Origin: Eledone cirrhosa
Taxonomy: Eukaryota
NCBI GenBank assembly: GCA_964016885.1
Contig: OZ024748.1
Coordinates: 1,364,001-1,428,000, forward strand
DNA length: 64,000 nucleotides
Reading direction: 5' to 3'
In this document: piece by piece, positions 56,935 to 64,000 of the stretch
How the letters are laid out: each line of letters starts with the position of its first letter
Position numbering within the stretch: position 1 is the stretch's first letter
Notes under the pieces: generated by a model
Seen by the model: the letters and a program-made list of their open reading frames with translations, nothing else
Told to the model about the DNA's origin: nothing
Databases searched by the model: none
Made by a program: the position numbers and the translations under genes

Positions 56935-58284
56935 TACTGTTACTGTGGTGGTGGTGGTGGTGTTACTGTGGAGGTGGTGGTGGTAGTGGTGTTACTGTGA
57001 TGGTGGTGGTGGTGTTACTGTGGAGGTGGTGGTGGTGGTGGTGGTGTTACTGTGGAGGTGGAGGTGGTGGTGTTACTGTGGAGGTGGTGGTGGTGGTGTT
57101 ACTGTGGAGGTGGTGGTGGTGGTGTTACTGTGGAGGTGGTGGTGGTGGTGTTACTGTGGAGGTGGTGGTGTTACTGTGGAGGTGGTGGTGTTACTGTGGC
57201 GGTGGAGGTGTTACTGTGGAGGTGGAGGTGGTGGTGGTGGTGTTACTGTGGAGGTGGAGGTGGTGGTGTTACTGTGGAGGTGGTGGTGGTGGTGGTGGTG
57301 TTACTGTGGAGGTGGAGGTGGTGGTGTTACTGTGGAGGTGGTGGTGGTGGTGTTACTGTGGAGGTGGTGGTGGTGGTGTTACTGTGGAGGTGGTGGTGTT
57401 ACTGTGGAGGTGGTGGTGTTACTGTGGCGGTGGAGGTGTTACTGTGGAGGTGGAGGTGGTGGTGGTGGTGGTGTTACTGTGGAGGTGGAGGTGGTGGTGT
57501 TACTGTGGAGGTGGTGGTGTTACTGTGGAGGTGGAGGTGTTACTGTGGAGGTGGAGTGGTGGTGGTGGTGTTACTGTGGAGGTGGTGGTGTTACTGTGGA
57601 GGTGGAGGTGTTACTGTGGAGGTGGAGTGGTGGTGGTGGTGTTACTGTGGAGGTGGAGGTGTTACTGTGGAGGTGGAGGTGGAGGTGGTGGTGTTACTGT
57701 GGAGGTGGTGGTGTTACTGTGGAGGTGGAGGTGTTACTGTGGAGGTGGAGGTGTTACTGTGGAGGTGGAGTGGTGGTGGTGGTGTTACTGTGGAGGTGGA
57801 GGTGGTGGTGTTACTGTGGAGGTGGTGGTGGTGGTGGTGGTGTTACTGTGGAGGTGGTGGTGTTACTGTGGAGGTGGTGGTGTTACTGTGGAGGTGGAGG
57901 TGTTACTGTGGAGGTGGAGGTGGTGGTGGTGGTGGTGGTGGTGGTGGTGGTGGTGGTGGTGTTACTGTGGGGGTGGAGGTGGTGGTGTTACTGTGGAGGT
58001 GGAGTGGTGGTGGTGGTGTTACTGTGGAGGTGGTGGTGTTACTGTGGAGGTGGTGGTGGTGGTGGTGGTGTTACTGTGGGGGTGGAGGTGGTAGTGTTAC
58101 TGTGGAGGTGGAGTGGTGGTGGTGGTGTTACTGTGGAGGTGGAGGTGGTGGTGTTACTGTGGAGGTGGAGGTGGTGGTGTTACTGTGGAGGTGGTGGTGG
58201 TGGTGTTAGTAAATGACATCTCATACAGGAACCAAGAGAGTTGTTTCATAGGAGGAAAACTGTATGAGTGAGTGTGTATGTGTA

Positions 58285-58315
<31 letters not shown>

Positions 58316-58338
58316 AGTGAGTGAGTGTATGGGTGTGT

Positions 58339-58381
<43 letters not shown>

Positions 58382-59800
58382 TGTGAGTGTGCTGTACACT
58401 TATACTTGATCAAATATTTCCAGATGGGTAAGTTGAAGACACTACAGGAAACACCACCACCATAACCACACCACCACCACAACACCACCACCACAACACC
58501 ACCACCATAACCACAACCACACCACCACCATAACACCACCACCATAACCACAACAACACCACCACCATAACCACAACCACACCACCACCACAACACCACC
58601 ACCATAACCATAACCACACCACCACCACAACACCACCACCATAACCACAACCACACCACCACCACAACACCACCACCATAACCATAACCACACCACCACA
58701 ACACCACCACCATAGCCATAACCACAACACCACCATAACACCACCACCATAACCACAACACCACCACCATAACCACAACCACACCACCACCACAACACCA
58801 CCACCATAACCATAACCACACCACCACAACACCACCACCATAACCACAACACCACCATAACACCACCACCATAACCACAACACCACCACCATAACCACAA
58901 CCACACCACCACCACCACAACACCACCACCACACCACCAACACCACCACCACAACCCAACACCACCACCTTAACCACAACCACACCACCACCCCCTTAAC
59001 CACAACACCACCACCACCACAACACCACCACCACCACAACACCACCACCTTAACCACAACAACACCACCACCACAACACCACCACCACAACACCACCACC
59101 ATAACCACAACCACACCACAACACCACTACCTTAACCACAACAACACCACCACCTTAACCACAACACCACCACCTTAACCACAACAACACCTCCACCATA
59201 ACCACACCACCACCATAACCACAACCACACCACCACCACCACACCACCACCTTAACCACAACACCACCACCACAACACCACCACCATAACCACAACACCA
59301 CCACCATAACCACAACACCACCACAACACCACCACCTTAACCACAACAACACCACCACCTTAACCACAACAACACCACCACCACAACAACACCACCACCT
59401 TAACCACAACAACACCACCACCACAACAACACCACAATAACCACAACCACACCACCACCATAACCACAACCACACCACAACACCACAACCACACCACAAC
59501 GACACCACCACCACAACACCACCACCATAACCACAACAACACCACCACCATAACCACAACACAACCACCACAACAACACCACTATAACCACAACCACACC
59601 ACCACCACAACACCACAACCACACCACAACGACACCACCACCACAACGACACCACCACCATAACAACACTACCACCATAACCACATCACCACCACCACCA
59701 CCCCACCAGTTTCATTACCACAACACCACCACCACCCCACCAGTTCCATTACCACAACACCACCACCACCCCACCAGTTCCATTACCACAACACCACCAT
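56935..59800. repeat. (GGT/GTTACTGTGGA)n block followed by (ACC/ACA)n block
   Basis: 56935-58206 and 58451-59800. Confidence 0.93.
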
Positions 59801-59959
59801 AGCCCCCCCCTCACTCCCCACTAACTACCACCACCCTGACATAAGCATGTGACAGAAACACTTGTTCATTGGGTGTTTCCAACAAACATCAGGGTGGCCA
59901 GCTCAGAGCCGAAAGTTTATTAACTAAGTCAATATTATTACTATTATTAATAACAAAAA

Positions 59960-60152
59960 GGGTGGTGGATTGACAGTATTGGTAGAGGGTCGGACGCCAT
60001 GCTTTGATGCATAGAGTTACGGCCCTTGCCATACTGAGTTCAAATCCCGCCGAGGTTAACTTTGCCTTTCATCCTTATGGGGTCGATAAAATAAAGTACC
60101 AGTAATACACTGGGTTTTTGCTGGCCTTGTGCCAAAAGTAGAAACAATTATT
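59960..60152 (+). mobile_element. tRNA-derived SINE family A, near full length
   Basis: gagttcaaatcccgcc B-box and shared body. Confidence 0.8.
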
Positions 60153-60913
60153 AATAAAAAATAATAATATTCCCAGAGGGCTCTGTGACTAGCAGCTGTT
60201 CCTGCCTAGCCAGAAGTACAGGGTTTTATTACTATGGAGCTTAATGGGATTGATAAAATAAAGTACCAGTAATGCATTTAAACCAGCCATATCCGGCCAG
60301 AATTCTCTCACCTCTTTCTGTTCAAACTTTTGTGCTTCCTGAAATTCACCAACACTACACCTGATATCCCTCCCCCATACACACGCACACATGTATATCA
60401 TGACTCATACACTGTTCACTTTCCTGACATTTGTACATTATTCTATGTACTATACATGGACCTTTGATGAGTTGTAGTGCACCTGAGCACTGTACACAAT
60501 AATTTCATTATTATTATTATTATTTTAAACTGGCTGTAACTGGCCACTCATAGTGATGTTAAAGTATTGTTCTCAAAATAAATAATATCAGCGTCTTGTA
60601 GATCCGATTTTATGTGAGATAAAGCCTTTACCATGAAAATACAATAGTAAATATAGAGTAATGTAAATGCTAAAGGGTTAAAATAGTTGTACTCCTCTTT
60701 CTTTACTCAATATAATAGTTTTATTGTAGAGAAACCTATGTAATATGACAGCTGCAGCTTGATATTGGCTGTTTTCTCCATTTGTTGGTTGGTGAGGTCC
60801 ATGGTTGGTCTGTAGAATTTGGGAATATGGGTTGGGGTTGGTTTAACAGGTGTTATGAGTGAAGATCAGCAGTGGATTTATGGTGTTTTCTGAGAGATTA
60901 GTTTACAGATTAA

Positions 60914-61132
60914 CCCTTTAGCATTTACATTACTCTATATTTACTATTGTATGTTTGTGGTAAAGGCTTTATCTCATAATTATCTCTCATAATATCAAAT
61001 CTATGAGATTTTGATGATATTTATTTTAAGAACAATACCTTAATATAAGTATGAGTGGCCAGTTACGGCAAGTTTGAACAGAAAGAGGTGAGAGAATTCT
61101 GGCTGGATATGGCCGGTTTAATTGCTAAAGGG
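60914..61132. mobile_element. piggyBac-like MITE (inverted copy ~60273-60677; partial copy from 63679)
   Basis: TTAA|CCCTTTAGCA ... TGCTAAAGGG|TTAT. Confidence 0.7.
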
Positions 61133-61859
61133 TTATTAAGATAACCAACAGTTGGTATTAAAAGGGTTGGAAGCTGAAGGTCCAGAAAAGGGTTAAAAGA
61201 AAAAGACAAGTGGGTTTGGCTGGGTTGGTATAAAAAAAAAAGGGCTATAAGCTGAATATTCAGAAAGGGTTAAAAAATATAATAAAAAATAAATAACACC
61301 ACCTCCACCACCACTCCACCCCACAAAAAAACAAATACAGGGAGCTGATAAAATTAAGTTTGTAAGTCAGGGATCAAGTAGTGATGATGGTGGTGGTGGT
61401 GGTGTGAGTGACTGGGTGTGGGGTAGGGTGGGGTGAATTAGTTGTTGTGAAGATTAACAGGAACCGGGTTCAGGATAGATTAAGGAACAGAGGATATAAA
61501 GAAGAAAAGAAAATGAATGAATAACAGAGATAACTTATTTCATCACCCCCACCCACACACAATAACACCTCCTAAAAAAACAAAAAACAACACATTATGC
61601 AGAAAATCTGAGAGCTTAGAGTGTCAAAATAGATATGGGGGAGGAGGGAATGATGTGGTGTGAGTGGTGAGAGAGATAGTTGGTAAGAGAGAGAGTGAGA
61701 GAGAGAGAGATGGTGAGTGAGAGAGAGAGAGAGAGACTGGGCAAGATGAGACTGAGAAGGAGATGGTGTGGGAGAGAGAGAGAGTGAATGAGGGAGAGAG
61801 AACAATACAAAAGGATGTTTCTAAGTTACAGATTACCAAATTGTTGTCAATGAGATGGC

Positions 61860-62500
61860 AGTGGTGGTGGTGGTGGTGGTGGTGAAGGTGGTGGTGGTGG
61901 TGGTGGTGAAGGTGGTGGTGGTGGTGGTGTTGAAGGTGGTGGTGAAGGTGGTGGTGGTGGTGGTGGTGGTGAAGGTGGTGGTGGTGGTGAAGGTGGTGGT
62001 GGTGGTGGTGTTGAAGGTGGTGGTGATGAAGGTGGTGGTGGTGGTGGTGTTGAAGGTGGTGGTGAAGGTGGTGGTGGTGGTGGTGGTGGTGTTGAAGGTG
62101 GTGGTGGTGGTGGTAGTGGTGGTGGTGGTAGTGGTGGTGGTGGTAGTGGTGGTGGTAGTGGTGGTGAAGGTGGTGGTATCAATGATGGTCAACGTGGTGG
62201 TTGTGGTGGTGAAGGTGGTGAAGGTGGTGGTATCAATGATGGTCAACGTGGTGGTGGTGAAGGTGGTGGTATCAATGATGGTCAACGTGGTGGTGGTGGT
62301 GGTGAAGGTGGTGGTGGTGAAGGTGGTGGTATCAATGATGGTCAACGTGGTGGTGGTGAAGGTGGTGGTATCAATGATGGTCAACGTGGTGGTGGTGGTG
62401 GTGAAGGTGGTGGTGGTGAAGGTGGTGGTATCAATGATGGTCAACGTGGTGGTGGTGGTGTTGGTGGTGAAAGTAGTGGTATTAATGATGGTCGTGGTGG
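61860..62500 (+). repeat. (GGT/GAA)n compound satellite
   Basis: Direct inspection. Confidence 0.92.
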
Positions 62501-64000
62501 TAAAATGTGGTGATGGTTGTGATGGTGATGTTAAATGAAGTTGAGTGAGAGTGAGTGTGTAGTTAAGTGAGAATGAAGAGATGAGTGAGAGTAAGAGTTC
62601 ATAATTGAGTGTACACGAATGAGTAGTTGAATGTAAGTGTATGAAGACAGTTGTGAGTGAGTTGTATGTGCAAGGGCTTAATTACAGGCATAATAGGTGC
62701 AGGAGAACAACAACAATGTGCAGTATGGCTCAGTGTGCAGCACAGAATACCTTTTATGGAGAGAGTGACAGGTGAAGGACCTGCTGAGTAACACTTCATA
62801 TTGTAGAGTGTAGCTGGAATTAAAGAAGAGAAAGAAACATACATGAAAATAGCAGCAGCAGCTGGATCAAATGTTGGATGGAAGGAGAGGGGGGACATTT
62901 GGATCAACTGTTGGAGGGGGGACATTTGGATCAACTGTTGGATTGTAGGGGGTGGTGATGGTAGTGGGACTGGTGGCAACTGGATCAACTGTTGAATCAA
63001 GAAGGAGGGGCTGAATCAACTGCTGAATCAAGAAGGAGGGCCTGAATCAACTGATGAATCAAGGAGGAGGGGGTGGGATCAACTGATGAAGGTGTGGGGG
63101 AGGATCAATTGTTGAATCTAAGAGGAGGGGCTGAATCAACTAATGAATCAAGGAGGAGGGGGCTGGATCAACTGATGAAAGTGTGGGGGAATCAACTGTT
63201 GAATGGTTGTTAGAGCTGGATCAACTGACCCTGGTCAACTGACATCAGTGTAAGAAGTTATTACATCATATCTACAGAATATTCCTAACATACTTCACTA
63301 GTTTTTAATACATTAGTGTATCTATACTAACACTAACCCTATTCCTAATTCTAACCCTAACCCTAGTTTAAATTCTAACATTATCTCTCACACACTCCTC
63401 CTTCAAAAACCAAATAATAAAACACAAAATGTCTACTGGTTTTAAACAAGTTTTATCTCGTTTACTGTATTTTATTTTATTCTAGCTTCTCCCTCTTAGC
63501 TCCCTATAGCTCACTCTTCTTACCTTGCACTGAACTGCACACTACAACAACATACACAACCCACTATATATTTACTTGTATTGTTAGTATTTTTTTACAT
63601 TGTAGTAACAACTGCATCAGACTTGACCCTAACAGCAGATTCTGCTAAAGGCACCCAAGGACCAGCCGGTCATATTAACCCTTTAGCATTTAAACCAGCC
63701 ACATCTGGCCAGAATTCTGTCACCTTTTTCTGTTGAAACTGGTCATACTTATGTTAAGGTATTGTTCTCAAAATAAATAATATCAATATCTTGTAGATTC
63801 GATATTATGTGAGATAAAGTGTTTACCATGAAAAAGCACACCTCCCATGACTTTCAGAAACATTTTTTCACGTTCAGAGTTGCTGAAGCATGGAACAAAC
63901 TACCAGCATCAGTTGTTAGCTGCCAAGACTCTGCATCCTTTGAAACCTCCATGCTTCCTGAAATTCACCAACACTACACCTGATATCCTCCATCCATACA

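Noticed and set aside
58417-58434. ttccag-ATGG-gtaagt micro-exon-like pattern
   Set aside because: On the + strand, where no host gene is evident; likely chance
62599-63000. Minus-strand 133-aa ORF as an FBXL7 first exon
   Set aside because: Partly repeat-derived, no recognisable homology, no clear phase-1 donor
63330-63366. CTAACC telomere-like units
   Set aside because: Only 2-3 imperfect units

Overview
Repeat-saturated, AT-rich animal genomic DNA. The SINE, RTE and (TA)n content suggests an octopus-like cephalopod; this is an inference. Two spliced genes converge tail-to-tail. (1) Twelve + strand exons (2531-31296; 566 aa, 5' exons upstream of the window) of an angiotensin-converting enzyme (peptidase M2) with intact HEMGH/EAVGD zinc motifs and a GPI-signal-like C-terminus. 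(2) The last two exons of FBXL7 on the - strand (37001-36195, 33443-32710); no upstream exon was found. Introns carry RTE and CR1-like LINE fragments, two tRNA-derived SINE families, DNA-transposon MITEs, large micro/minisatellites and Penelope-like element (PLE) remnants with GIY-YIG fragments. The main hidden feature is about 30 hand-folded type-I hammerhead ribozyme (HHR) motifs from many sequence families. Roughly two thirds have intact or recognised-variant cores, most have a self-complementary stem III, and several sit as mirror pairs in 170-380 bp-arm fold-back palindromes inserted in (TA)n tracts. All folds were made by eye; no computation was run.
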